NCBI GenBank assembly: GCA_027593235.1
Contig: JAQCIU010000003.1
Location: forward strand, 32,001-96,000
Direction: 5' to 3'
Length of the DNA: 64,000 nucleotides
Origin: Chloroflexota bacterium
GTDB lineage: Bacteria > Chloroflexota > Dehalococcoidia > UBA2979
This document shows positions 10,071 to 19,693 of the stretch, piece after piece. Every line of letters begins with the position of its first letter. Position 1 is the first letter of the stretch. The notes under the pieces are model-generated. The model was given only the letters and a program-made list of their open reading frames with translations, was not told the origin of the DNA and made no database searches. A program made the position numbers and the translations under genes.

Positions 10071-11167
10071 CCGGCCATGCCCTGGTTCGGTCGTGCGTTG
10101 GCGCGTGCCAGGGTGGTATCCAGCAGCCGCTCCATCTCGTCGACGAAGCGGTTCCAGCCGAAGCGTTCGCGGGCCAGCGTGCGTCCGCGTCGCCCGAGAT
10201 CGGCGGCAGCGCCGGGTTCGGAGAGCAGACGACGGGCGGCGCCGGCAATGGCGGCGGGATCCTCGGGAACGACGAGCAGGCCGTTCCCCTCCTGTTCGAT
10301 CACCTCGGTCAGTCCGCCGATCGCGGAGGCGATCACCGGTCGCAGCAGTTGTCCACCGAGGATGGCGATCGCGCAGGACGAGACCGGCACCCGCGCCGGT
10401 ACGACGACCAGGCTCACCTGGTTGACGATCGCGGGCAGTCGCGAGGTTGCGACGTTCCCTCGGAATGAGACGGCCTGACCGAGTCCGAGGGCAGCGGCCT
10501 GAGCCTGCAGCGCGTCGCGCTCGGGGCCATCGCCGACGATCACGAGTTCCGCGGTGCGGATGCGCTCGCGGATCTCGGCGAGCGCGTCGATCGCGACGTC
10601 GAAGCCGGAGTCACGGGTGAGCGGTCCCACGCAGAGCAGCGTCGGCCGCTTGAGGAGGCGCGGTCCGGGCGCCAGTTCGGTCAGTGGCAGCCCGGCACGG
10701 ACGACCGTCGTTCGCGCCGCACTGTCGCGCGCGACCGCGCGAAGCTGGCCGGCCAGGGTTTCGGTGTCGACCACAATCGCGGCGGCGTACTGGAGCAACG
10801 CGCCTTCGATGTTGCCGTCCTCGTGCGTGTTGTTCGCGAGCGGGCCGTGAATCGAGACGGCGAGCGGGCGTCCATCGCGGCGCGCGACCTCGAGGGCGAG
10901 CGCGGAGAGCGGGCCGCCTGTCTCGACGAGATCGATGTCCGGGGATTCGGCGACGGGGGCCGGGAGCGCGGTGGCGTCCGTCCCGACGGTTGCGTCGACG
11001 CGGTGGATCGACAGTCGTTCACTGACGATGGCGTCCGCCGGTCGATCGCTCCGCGGGGCGACGAGGGTGACGGTGTGGCCGCGAGCGGCCAGTGCCGGGG
11101 CCAGACGCGCGGCGACGTCATCGAGGTCGTCGAGGTCGAACTGGCCGGACCAGTAGCGGATACGCAC
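10067..11167 (-). CDS. GT4-family glycosyltransferase-like protein (degenerate motifs)
   Basis: GHTVTLVA, IVGDGPER, PVIASAIGGLTEVI...GLLV; GTG start after GAAGGA. Confidence 0.75.
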   Translation of the reverse strand: MRIRYWSGQFDLDDLDDVAARLAPALAARGHTVTLVAPRSDRPADAIVSERLSIHRVDATVGTDATALPAPVAESPDIDLVETGGPLSALALEVARRDGRPLAVSIHGPLANNTHEDGNIEGALLQYAAAIVVDTETLAGQLRAVARDSAARTTVVRAGLPLTELAPGPRLLKRPTLLCVGPLTRDSGFDVAIDALAEIRERIRTAELVIVGDGPERDALQAQAAALGLGQAVSFRGNVATSRLPAIVNQVSLVVVPARVPVSSCAIAILGGQLLRPVIASAIGGLTEVIEQEGNGLLVVPEDPAAIAGAARRLLSEPGAAADLGRRGRTLARERFGWNRFVDEMERLLDTTLARANARPNQGMAG

Positions 11168-11324
11168 CGGGAATCCTTCTGTTGGCAAACGGTTGGCGGT
11201 TCCCGCAAGGCTGGTGACCGCAGGATTCAGAACGAATAAGAAGTTAACCACCGACTGACGCCGGCCGCGCTGGTACAGGGTAATCTTCGGTCGCTTGCGT
11301 CCTGAACGCATCAAAGGAGCGCAC

Positions 11325-12050
11325 GTGACTCTCGTGATTTCGCATCGCACGCAGATGGGTTCGATGCCGGAGAACACGATCGCCGGCATCGAAGCGGCGA
11401 TTGCGAGCGGTGCGGATGGCATCGAGATCGACGTGCGCGCGACCGCTGACGGCACGCTGGTGCTGATGCACGACGCGACGCTGCAACGGACGGTTAGCGA
11501 TCCACGATTGCTCGCGGACGTCACGTTCGAGGAGTCACGAGGGCTCGCAGTCCTCGATCCGTTCGCGGGCGCGGGTGCGCAGCCGATCCCGACCTTCGAC
11601 GAGACGTTGGCCTGCGTGGCCGGGCGTGCGTTGCTGGTGATCGAGCTGAAGGAAGCGGGCCTGGAGGAGCGTGTCGCGGCGGCGGTGCGCGCGCACCACG
11701 CGGCGGGGTGGTCCTGGATCTGGTGCTTCGACGCCGACGTGGTGGCGCGAGCGCGCGAGGTACTGCCGGAGGTGCCGGGCTGGCTGAACTGGTCCGCGCG
11801 TGGCGCGGCGCGGATTGGCGGTGAAGACCCGATCGAGCTGTCGCGACGGATCGGCGCGGCCGGTATCAGCGTGAACCACCTCGATCTGGACGCAGCCCTC
11901 GTGGACCGCGCGCGACGGCGTGGCCTGCTCACGGCGACGTGGACGGTCAACGAGGCGGAGTCGCTCGCGCGGGCGCGGGACTCTGGCGTCGACGCGATTT
12001 GCGGCGACTTCCCGGATCGCACCCGTGCCGTACTCGGCGGTGCCGGGTGA
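11325..12050 (+). CDS. Glycerophosphodiester phosphodiesterase family protein
   Basis: SHR...PENT, IEIDVRATADG..VLMHD, IELK, WTVN; RBS AAGGAG. Confidence 0.88.
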   Translation: MTLVISHRTQMGSMPENTIAGIEAAIASGADGIEIDVRATADGTLVLMHDATLQRTVSDPRLLADVTFEESRGLAVLDPFAGAGAQPIPTFDETLACVAGRALLVIELKEAGLEERVAAAVRAHHAAGWSWIWCFDADVVARAREVLPEVPGWLNWSARGAARIGGEDPIELSRRIGAAGISVNHLDLDAALVDRARRRGLLTATWTVNEAESLARARDSGVDAICGDFPDRTRAVLGGAG

Positions 12051-12057
12051 TCCGAGG

Positions 12058-13299
12058 ATGACCGCGTCGCCGGCGGCGACCGAGCCAGCCGGGCCATCCG
12101 TACCGCCCGGGCGCGGCAATATTCTCGAGGTGTTCCTTGTCGCGCTGCGGCTCGGATTCACGTCCTTTGGCGGGCCGGTCGCCCACCTCGGATACTTCCG
12201 CGAAGAGTACGTGCAGCGCCGTCGCTGGCTGGACGACGCGGCGTACGCGGATCTCGTGGCGCTCTGCCAGTTCCTGCCGGGTCCCGCCAGCTCGCAGGTC
12301 GGGATCGCGATTGGCGCGTTGCGCGCCGGGTGGCTTGGCGGCTTCGTGGCGTGGTTCGCTTTCACCGCGCCCTCCGCGATCGCCCTCGTGCTGTTCGGAC
12401 TCGCCGTCGAGGAGTTCGAGTTGGCGGATGCGGGCTGGCTGCACGGGCTGAAGATCGCGGCCGTGGCGGTGGTGGCAAACGCAATCTGGGGGATGGCGCG
12501 CAACCTGACACCAGATCGCGAACGGATCACCCTCGCGGTGATCGCCGCCGCTGTCGTGCTGATCGAGCGCACGGCACTGACACAGGTGCTGGTGATCGTC
12601 GCCGGGGCGGCGATCGGCTGGCGCCTCTTCCCGGCGGCGGTCATCGAGGTGGTGCCGCCGACTGTCCGCCGTGGCGGCTTCGGGATGAAGGTGGCGGTTG
12701 CGGCCTGGGTGCTGTTCTTCGGGCTGCTGATCGGCCTGCCAATCGCGAGACAGTTCTCCGACGCGCAGCCGCTGGCGCTGTTCGACAGCTTCTATCGGGC
12801 GGGGTCACTGGTCTTCGGCGGCGGGCACGTGGTGCTGCCGCTGATCGAGTCCGAGGTAGTCACGCCCGGCTGGCTCAGCCGCGACGAGTTCATCGCCGGG
12901 TACGGCGCGGCGCAGGCCGTTCCGGGCCCATTGTTCGCCTTCTCCGCCTACCTCGGAGCGATCGCCGATCCGCGACCGAACGGCTGGGCCGGCGCCTCGA
13001 TTGCCCTCGGCGCCATCTATCTGCCCTCGTTCCTGTTGCTTGCGGGGACGCTCCCGCTCTGGGAGCGGCTGCGCGCGCGCCCCGAGGTGCAGTCGTCGCT
13101 CAAAGGCGTCGGGGCGGCGGTGGTCGGGCTGCTGGTGGCGGCGATGTACGAACCGGTGTGGACCAGCGCGATCCTCGCTCCGAAGGACTTCGCGTTGGCC
13201 CTCGTGGCGTTCGGGCTGCTCATCGCCTGGTGGTTGCCCGCGTGGGCGATCGTGCTGGTGGCGGCAGCCGGCGGGGAGCTGATCGCGGCCACGGCGTAG
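12058..13299 (+). CDS. chrA: Chromate efflux transporter
   Basis: LGFTSFGGPVAHLG, CQFLPGPASSQ, VFGGGHVVLP, AQAVPGP. Confidence 0.92.
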   Translation: MTASPAATEPAGPSVPPGRGNILEVFLVALRLGFTSFGGPVAHLGYFREEYVQRRRWLDDAAYADLVALCQFLPGPASSQVGIAIGALRAGWLGGFVAWFAFTAPSAIALVLFGLAVEEFELADAGWLHGLKIAAVAVVANAIWGMARNLTPDRERITLAVIAAAVVLIERTALTQVLVIVAGAAIGWRLFPAAVIEVVPPTVRRGGFGMKVAVAAWVLFFGLLIGLPIARQFSDAQPLALFDSFYRAGSLVFGGGHVVLPLIESEVVTPGWLSRDEFIAGYGAAQAVPGPLFAFSAYLGAIADPRPNGWAGASIALGAIYLPSFLLLAGTLPLWERLRARPEVQSSLKGVGAAVVGLLVAAMYEPVWTSAILAPKDFALALVAFGLLIAWWLPAWAIVLVAAAGGELIAATA

Positions 13300-13377
13300 G
13301 CGGCGGCGCGCGCTGGTACGGCCCGTCGCGATTCATCTCCGACAGAACGAGCGCGGCCCGAGGCGTAGCATGCTTGG

Positions 13378-14667
13378 ATGATCGCCCGCTGGTATCAAAC
13401 GACGTTTGAAGCGCTCGGCGTACGCGACTATCGCGTGCTCTGGTGGGGCAGCACCCTCGCCACCCTGGCGTTCATGATGACGCGCACCGTCCAGAGCGTG
13501 GTCGCATTCGACCTGGCGGGGAACAGCACCGCGGTCGGGATCGTGGCCCTCGGTAGCGGCATCGCGATGATCTTCATCGGGCCGCTGGGCGGTGTGCTCG
13601 CGGATCGGTTGTCGAAGCGGTTGGTGCTGCTCTTCGGTCAGTCCCTCGTCGGGATCTGTTTTGCGACCATTGGCGTGCTGATCATTACCGACGTGATCGC
13701 GCTCTGGATGCTGGTGGCCCTGTCCTTCGTGATGGGGATATCGTTCTCGTTCATTGGTCCGACCCGGCAGGCCTACGTGGGCGAGCTGGTGGATCGCGAT
13801 TTGTTGCCGAACGCCGTCGCGCTCAGCCAGCTCTCGCAGGGTTTCTCGCGCGTGGTTTCGCCAATGCTCGCCGGCGGCCTGATCGCGCTCTCCGTATCCG
13901 GGACGGGCGGCACCTACCTGGTGATGGGCGCGATCCTGTTCGCGGTCGTCGGGACGATCTCGATGCTGCCGGCCTCGCGGCCGGCCTCCAGCGGCAAGTC
14001 GATCACCGGTGATTTCACCGCTGGCCTGTCGCACGTGCGTGAGCGGCCGCGGCTGTTGGTGCTGATTCTGTCGTTCGTGCTGGTGGTCGTCTTCGGGATG
14101 CCGTACGTCACCGTCTTGCCCGCGCTCCTGGAGTCTGAGTTGGGGCACTCGTCCGAGACGATCGGGATCCTCTTCACGGTCGAGGCGATCGGCGGCCTGG
14201 TCACCGGGCTGTTGGTCGCGGGATCGGTGCGAGGCGCCGGGGCGGCGCGGATCATGTTCGGCCTCGGGATCGTCTTCGGCGTCGCGCTGATCGGCCTGTC
14301 GATTGTTCCCAGTCTTGCGCTGGCGCTCGTCGCGATGTTCTTCATGGGCGTCGGGCTGACCGGGTTTCAGCTCACCAACAACGCGCTGCTGATGATGGAA
14401 GCGGATCAGGAGTACTTCGGGCGGGTGATGTCGCTGGTGATGATCGCCTGGGGCGGTCAGGGCCTGACCGCGTTGCCGATCGGCATCCTCGCGGACCGCA
14501 TCGGCGAGCGGCCGGTGCTCGCGATGGAGGGCGCGGTGATCCTCGCGATCGTGATTGGCTCCGCGTTCGCCTATTCAACCGTCGGCCGCGGCGCCTCGAC
14601 GTCCTCGTGGGCGGCCGCCCGCAAGACGGACACCGAGGCCGGTGGCGCCGTCGCCGGCGGTAGCTAG
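13378..14667 (+). CDS. MFS transporter (MFS_3-like)
   Basis: About 12 TM segments; GGVLADRLSKR; YFGRVMS. Confidence 0.88.
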   Translation: MIARWYQTTFEALGVRDYRVLWWGSTLATLAFMMTRTVQSVVAFDLAGNSTAVGIVALGSGIAMIFIGPLGGVLADRLSKRLVLLFGQSLVGICFATIGVLIITDVIALWMLVALSFVMGISFSFIGPTRQAYVGELVDRDLLPNAVALSQLSQGFSRVVSPMLAGGLIALSVSGTGGTYLVMGAILFAVVGTISMLPASRPASSGKSITGDFTAGLSHVRERPRLLVLILSFVLVVVFGMPYVTVLPALLESELGHSSETIGILFTVEAIGGLVTGLLVAGSVRGAGAARIMFGLGIVFGVALIGLSIVPSLALALVAMFFMGVGLTGFQLTNNALLMMEADQEYFGRVMSLVMIAWGGQGLTALPIGILADRIGERPVLAMEGAVILAIVIGSAFAYSTVGRGASTSSWAAARKTDTEAGGAVAGGS

Positions 14668-14672
14668 CGCCA

Positions 14673-15296
14673 GTGGAACCGGGCGATTCGGGCCGGATCG
14701 TTGTCCTCAACGGAGCGCCTCGGTCCGGCAAGTCGAGCATCGCGGCCGTTATCCAGGAATCGTTCGACGGGATCTGGATGAACCTGGGTGCTGACGTGTT
14801 CGTTCGCGAGGTCACGCCGCCCGGGTGGCGGCCGGGAATTGGCCTGCGCCCCGGCGATGAGCGTCCCGAGTTGCGACGGATCGTGCCACGCCTCTATGCG
14901 GCGCTGTACGAATCGATCGCGGCGCACAGCCGGCTTGGCCTCAATGTCGTGGTCGACGTTGGGCACTACGACGAGACGGTGCTCGCCGATTGCGCGCGGC
15001 GTCTCCTGGGATTGCCCGCGTGGTTCGTCGGCGTGCGCTGTCCGATCGAGGTGGTGATGGAGCGTCGGAACGCCGGACAGCCGGGGCGCGCAGGTGAGTA
15101 CGCGACTGGTACTGCCGAGGAGCCCGTGCCTGATCCGGTGCAACGCTGGCAGGACGCCGTGCACATCCCCGGCAGCTACGACCTGGAGGTCGACACCTCG
15201 CTGCTGAGCGCGGAGCAGTGCGCGGCGGAGATTCGAGGCCTGATCGAGACTGGTCGAGGCCCGTCCGCGTTCCAGCGGATCGTCAATCGCAGCTAG
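14673..15296 (+). CDS. Chloramphenicol phosphotransferase (CPT)-like P-loop kinase
   Basis: VLNGAPRSGKSS, VGVRCP...RR, YDLEVDTS. Confidence 0.8.
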   Translation: MEPGDSGRIVVLNGAPRSGKSSIAAVIQESFDGIWMNLGADVFVREVTPPGWRPGIGLRPGDERPELRRIVPRLYAALYESIAAHSRLGLNVVVDVGHYDETVLADCARRLLGLPAWFVGVRCPIEVVMERRNAGQPGRAGEYATGTAEEPVPDPVQRWQDAVHIPGSYDLEVDTSLLSAEQCAAEIRGLIETGRGPSAFQRIVNRS

Positions 15297-15871
15297 CGCT
15301 TGTCGCGGCCCAGCCACTGCGGTTCCTCGATGGCGGCGCGCGCATTGACGACGCGGGCCATTGCGAACAGCAGATCCGAGAGCCGGTTCAGGTAGCGGAT
15401 GATCGGCCCGGCAACCGCCGCGCCGCGCCCGAGGGTGATCACGCGCCGTTCGGCGCGACGGCAGACGGTACGCGCGTGATGGAGGTGGGCGGCGGCGATG
15501 TGGCCGCCGGGCAGGATGAACCGCACCAGCGGCTCCAGCTCCTCGTCGAGGGCGTCGATCCAGCCCTCGAGGCCGGTGATGTCCTCGTCCGTGACGCGCG
15601 GGCCGACCGGCTGGTCCTTGGCGATGCGCTCCTCGATGTCCGGCGTCGCCAGTTCGCCGCCGATGTCGAAGAGGGCGGACTGGATCGTCGTGAGCCAGCT
15701 GCGGAGGTCGTCGTGGTCGATGGCGGCGGCGCAGACGCCGAGCACGGAGTTCAGCTCGTCGACGGTGCCGTAGGCCTCCAGGCGGGCGTCGTCCTTCGGG
15801 ACGCGCGGTCCGCCGAAGAGGCCGGTCTCACCGGCGTCGCCGGTGCGTGTGTAGATCTTTGGGCTGGACAG
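15293..15871 (-). CDS. pduO: PduO-type ATP:cob(I)alamin adenosyltransferase, CTG start
   Basis: KIYTRTGDAGETGL...EAYGTVDELNS, FILPGG, ARTVCRRAER, YLNRLSDLLF. The ORF track truncates it; GAGGAG-6nt-CTG at 15871. Confidence 0.92.
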   Translation of the reverse strand: MSSPKIYTRTGDAGETGLFGGPRVPKDDARLEAYGTVDELNSVLGVCAAAIDHDDLRSWLTTIQSALFDIGGELATPDIEERIAKDQPVGPRVTDEDITGLEGWIDALDEELEPLVRFILPGGHIAAAHLHHARTVCRRAERRVITLGRGAAVAGPIIRYLNRLSDLLFAMARVVNARAAIEEPQWLGRDKR

Positions 15872-15898
15872 GGTGGTCTCCTCGGCCGCCTGTGCAGC

Positions 15899-16957
15899 CT
15901 AGACCGTGACGCCCTCGCGCGGGCGTACGTCCGCCAGATCGGCCATCAGGTGGAGCACCTCGGGATCGCGGGTGACCACGGTCAGCCCGGTCACGCCGGA
16001 GTCCGCCCAGGCGGTGTAGCGCTCGCGGATGCGTGCGACCGGGCCGATCAGCGCACCTTCATCGAGGAACTCGTCGGGAACCTCCTCGAGCGCCTCGGCC
16101 TTGCGCCCGGCGAGGTACAGCTCCTGGATGCGCTCGGCGGCTTCGCCGTAGCCGCGCTGGATCATCTGGTTCTTGTGGAAGTTCATCGAGGAATGGCCCA
16201 TGCCGCCGACGTAGAGGGCGACGTTGGGCTTGAGGGCGCGGAGCGCGCCGCGCACGTCGTCCGTGACGTTGACGGAGACGCTGGTCTGCATCTCGAAGCT
16301 ATCCCAGCCGTTCGTCTTGCCGGCCTTGGCGAAGCCTTCCTCGATCGACTTGCGGTACTCGGGTGCGCGGCTGGGGACGAAGCCAAACGGCAGCAGGCCG
16401 TCGCAGAGTTCACCAGCCATGCGCAGGTTGTCCGGGCCGCCACTGCCGAGCCAGATCGGCAGGTTCGGGTTGGTGTGAAGGATCGACTTCAGCGGCTTGC
16501 CGATGCCGAGCGCACCGGGTCCGGTGTACGGCAACGAGATCTCGCGGCCCTCGTGGCTGACGGGTTCATCGCGGGCGAAGATCTTCTTCATGATCGAGAC
16601 GTAGTCGCGGATCCGCCAGTACGGCTTGCCCCACGGCTGGCCGTACCAGCCCTCCACGATCTGGGGGCCGGAGACGCCAAGGCCGAGGATGAAGCGGTTG
16701 CCACCGGCGAGCGCGTCGACCGTCTGCGCAGCCATCGCGGTGGCGGCCGGGGTGCGCGCGGCGAGCTGGATGATGCCGGTCCCGAGGCGAATGTGTTTGG
16801 TGTGGGCGGCGATGAACGCCAGCGGGGTGATCGCGTCGGAGCCATAGGCCTCGGCGGTCCAGACGGAGTCGTAGCCGAGCGCCTCGGCCTCCTTGATGAA
16901 GTCGATGGGCATGCCCATGTCGGCGCCCGAGTAGCCGATGCTGATTCCGAGTTTCAC
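15899..16957 (-). CDS. LLM-class F420-dependent oxidoreductase
   Basis: WTAEAYGSD, LGLGVSGPQIVEGWYG. Confidence 0.9.
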   Translation of the reverse strand: MKLGISIGYSGADMGMPIDFIKEAEALGYDSVWTAEAYGSDAITPLAFIAAHTKHIRLGTGIIQLAARTPAATAMAAQTVDALAGGNRFILGLGVSGPQIVEGWYGQPWGKPYWRIRDYVSIMKKIFARDEPVSHEGREISLPYTGPGALGIGKPLKSILHTNPNLPIWLGSGGPDNLRMAGELCDGLLPFGFVPSRAPEYRKSIEEGFAKAGKTNGWDSFEMQTSVSVNVTDDVRGALRALKPNVALYVGGMGHSSMNFHKNQMIQRGYGEAAERIQELYLAGRKAEALEEVPDEFLDEGALIGPVARIRERYTAWADSGVTGLTVVTRDPEVLHLMADLADVRPREGVTV

Positions 16958-17119
16958 GAGGGACCCCCTACCACTAGCGCGGAGAGGATACTATCCGGAA
17001 TTCAAACTGAGTTCGATTCAGTTGGCGGTCGGATCACCGATTCACTCGGCGGCGGCTGGGTCCTGGATGACCCGCTGCGCGGTGGGGCGCATAATCCGGC
17101 TGTTCCGATGGGGATGCAG

Positions 17120-18367
17120 ATGGCGATGGCGCTCGAAGGCGTGCGGGTACTCGATGTGACCGGGCCGATTGGGCACTACGCCAGTCGCATGCTGGCGGAC
17201 CTGGGCGCCGACGTGATCAAGATCGAACCACCCGAGGGCGATCCGGCGCGGCGCTGGGCGCCGCTACTGCCCGGCATTCCCGAGCCGGAGTCGGGATCGC
17301 AGTTCCTGCTGCTGAACGCCAACAAGCGCGGGATCACGCTGGACCTGACGCAGCCGCACGGGCGCGACCTGTACCTGGAGCTGGTGAAGACCGCAGACAT
17401 CGTGATCGACTCGTTCCAGACCGCCGAGGCGGCCGAGTTGCGGCTCACCACCGAGGATTTGATCGCGGTGAAGCCGGACGTCATCCACACCTCGATCACC
17501 GGTTGGGGGCTGAGCGGCCCGCGCGCGAACTGGGCGTACGCGGACATCGTCGGCTGCGCGATGTCCGGGACGATGCAGCTTGCCGGGGTGCAGGAAGGGC
17601 CGCCCGAGCAGCTCCCGGACATGCAGGGGTACCACTCCGCCTCGATCCAGGCGGCGGCGGGGGCGATGGGTGCGCTGGTCTATCACCAGGCGACGGGCGA
17701 GGGGCAGCGGGTGGAGGTCTCCATGCAGGAGGCGATGTCGATGTCGCAGGAGACGGCGATGATGCAGGCCGACATCCTGGGGACGAACCGCGAACGCGGC
17801 GTCCCGATGCGCGGCCTCGATATTCCCGGGCTCGGCCTCCACGAGACCGCCGACGGGCACGTCTACATGATGGCGTCCGGCCTGGCCGGGGCGGGTTTTC
17901 AGGGCCTGGTGGAGCTAATGGAGCTGACCGGCGACGCGCAAGACCTGATCGAAGAGCCCTACGTCTCGTTCATCGACGAGAAAATGAATACCAACTTCAT
18001 CATGGCCGCGCTCAGCGACGAGTCGCAGCGCGCAGCGGTGCAAGACACGCTGGTTCACATGGACCAGGTGGTGCGGGAGTTCACGAAGAAGCACCCGAAG
18101 CTCTACCTCTACGAAGAGGGCCAGGCGCGCCGGGTGTTGGTCGGGATGGTGAGCACACCGCAGGACATCCTGGACAGCCCGCAACTGGCGGGACGGAACT
18201 GGTTCGTTGACCTGCAGGACTCGGGGCGCGGCGTGACGCTGCACTACCCGGGGCCGCAGTGGGACCTGCACGGGACGCCGGCGACGCTACGCCGCCCGGC
18301 ACCGTTGCTGGGCGAGCACAACGACGAGGTGTTCGCGGAGATCCGCGCCCAAGGAGTGACGGCATGA
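17120..18367 (+). CDS. Family III (CaiB/BaiF) CoA transferase, subunit 1
   Basis: LEGVRVLD, LADLGADVIKIEPPEGD, NANKRGITLDL, APLLGEHN; exact start among several ATGs at 17108-17126. Confidence 0.9.
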   Translation: MAMALEGVRVLDVTGPIGHYASRMLADLGADVIKIEPPEGDPARRWAPLLPGIPEPESGSQFLLLNANKRGITLDLTQPHGRDLYLELVKTADIVIDSFQTAEAAELRLTTEDLIAVKPDVIHTSITGWGLSGPRANWAYADIVGCAMSGTMQLAGVQEGPPEQLPDMQGYHSASIQAAAGAMGALVYHQATGEGQRVEVSMQEAMSMSQETAMMQADILGTNRERGVPMRGLDIPGLGLHETADGHVYMMASGLAGAGFQGLVELMELTGDAQDLIEEPYVSFIDEKMNTNFIMAALSDESQRAAVQDTLVHMDQVVREFTKKHPKLYLYEEGQARRVLVGMVSTPQDILDSPQLAGRNWFVDLQDSGRGVTLHYPGPQWDLHGTPATLRRPAPLLGEHNDEVFAEIRAQGVTA

Positions 18368-19641
18368 CGACGAACGGCCACAGCAGCGCGAGCGGCGCGA
18401 CGCCACGGATCCTGGAGGGGGTGAAGTTCCTCGATCTGACGTGGTTCGGCGCCGGGCCGATCGCGACGCGGACGATCGCGGGGATGGGCGCGGAGGTGAT
18501 CCGCGTTGAGACGGAGAAGCGACCGGACGGGCTGCGTGTCGCTCAGCCACGGCCCGTGGACGCGGCCGGATACAACGTGTCCGGCTACTACAACAACTTC
18601 AACACGGACAAGAAGAGCGCGACGATCGACCTCACGACCGAGCGCGGCCACGAGCTGGGCATGGAGCTGGTGAAGTGGGCCGACATCATGATGACCAACT
18701 TCACCCCGCGCGCGATCCGTCAGATCGGGATGGACTGGGAGACGGTGAAGGCCGCCAACCCGGGCATCATCGCGATGTACCAGCCGATGCAGGGGATGAC
18801 TGGACCGCACACGGAGTACGTGGGCTTCGGTTCGATCCTGGGGACCGTTTGCGGGATCAACGGGCTGGCCGGTTCCGAGGGCAATCCACCGGTCGGCGTC
18901 GGTACGAACTACACGGACTACGTGGTCAACCCGATCCACGCGGTCACCGCACTGCTCGCCGCGCTCTATCACAAGCGCCGGACCGGCGAGGGGCAGATGA
19001 TCGACATGTCGCAGCTCGAGTCATCGGTCGCGGCGTTGGCGGGACCGCTGTTCGTGCAGTCGAACGGCGGCGACAACTACCTGCGCGAGGGCAATCACGT
19101 GAAGTACGCGGCGCCGCACGGCGCGTACCAGGTGCGCGACGGCGTGACTGCAAACGGCGAGCCGCGCCCCGATCGCTGGCTGGCGATCGGCTGCATCGAG
19201 GAGTCGCAGTGGCAGCGCCTTGCGGCCGCAGCCGGTCATCCGGAGTGGGCCGCTGACGCGCGCTTCGCGACGCTATCCGCGCGGAAGGCGAACGAGGCAG
19301 CCCTCGATGGGTTGATCGCCGACTGGGCACGGGAGCAGGACGGCGACGCGGCGCAGGCCGCGCTGCAGGCGGCCGGGGTGCCGGCCGGGTTGGTGCTCAA
19401 CGCGACCGAGGTGCTTGCCGACGAGCAGATGGTGGCGCGGGAGTACTTCCGCTACATCCAGCACCCGGAGGCCGGCCTGCGTGCGCAGGACGGTTCTGGC
19501 TTCAAGTTGTCGAAGACGCCGTGCGAGCCGACGGTGCATGCACCGCTGCTGGGCGAGCACACGTACGAGGTGGCGACGGAGGTCCTGGGACTGACGCCGG
19601 AAGAGATCGGCAACCTCGTCGCGGAGGCGGTGCTCTTCTAG
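18364..19641 (+). CDS. Family III (CaiB/BaiF) CoA transferase, subunit 2
   Basis: LEGVKFLDL, GAEVIRVE, NTDKKSATIDL, YTDY, APLLGEHT; ATGA coupling. Confidence 0.9.
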   Translation: MTTNGHSSASGATPRILEGVKFLDLTWFGAGPIATRTIAGMGAEVIRVETEKRPDGLRVAQPRPVDAAGYNVSGYYNNFNTDKKSATIDLTTERGHELGMELVKWADIMMTNFTPRAIRQIGMDWETVKAANPGIIAMYQPMQGMTGPHTEYVGFGSILGTVCGINGLAGSEGNPPVGVGTNYTDYVVNPIHAVTALLAALYHKRRTGEGQMIDMSQLESSVAALAGPLFVQSNGGDNYLREGNHVKYAAPHGAYQVRDGVTANGEPRPDRWLAIGCIEESQWQRLAAAAGHPEWAADARFATLSARKANEAALDGLIADWAREQDGDAAQAALQAAGVPAGLVLNATEVLADEQMVAREYFRYIQHPEAGLRAQDGSGFKLSKTPCEPTVHAPLLGEHTYEVATEVLGLTPEEIGNLVAEAVLF

Positions 19642-19693
19642 CGTGCCCGTCGACCTCGCTGCCGGCGCGCCCCCGCGCCCTTGCGTCCGAGGG

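Noticed and set aside
15218-17107. 1049-aa ORF in the track suggesting a giant fusion to a CoA transferase
   Set aside because: The N-terminal ~630 aa is the antisense shadow of pduO and the LLM gene; real homology starts near 17120.
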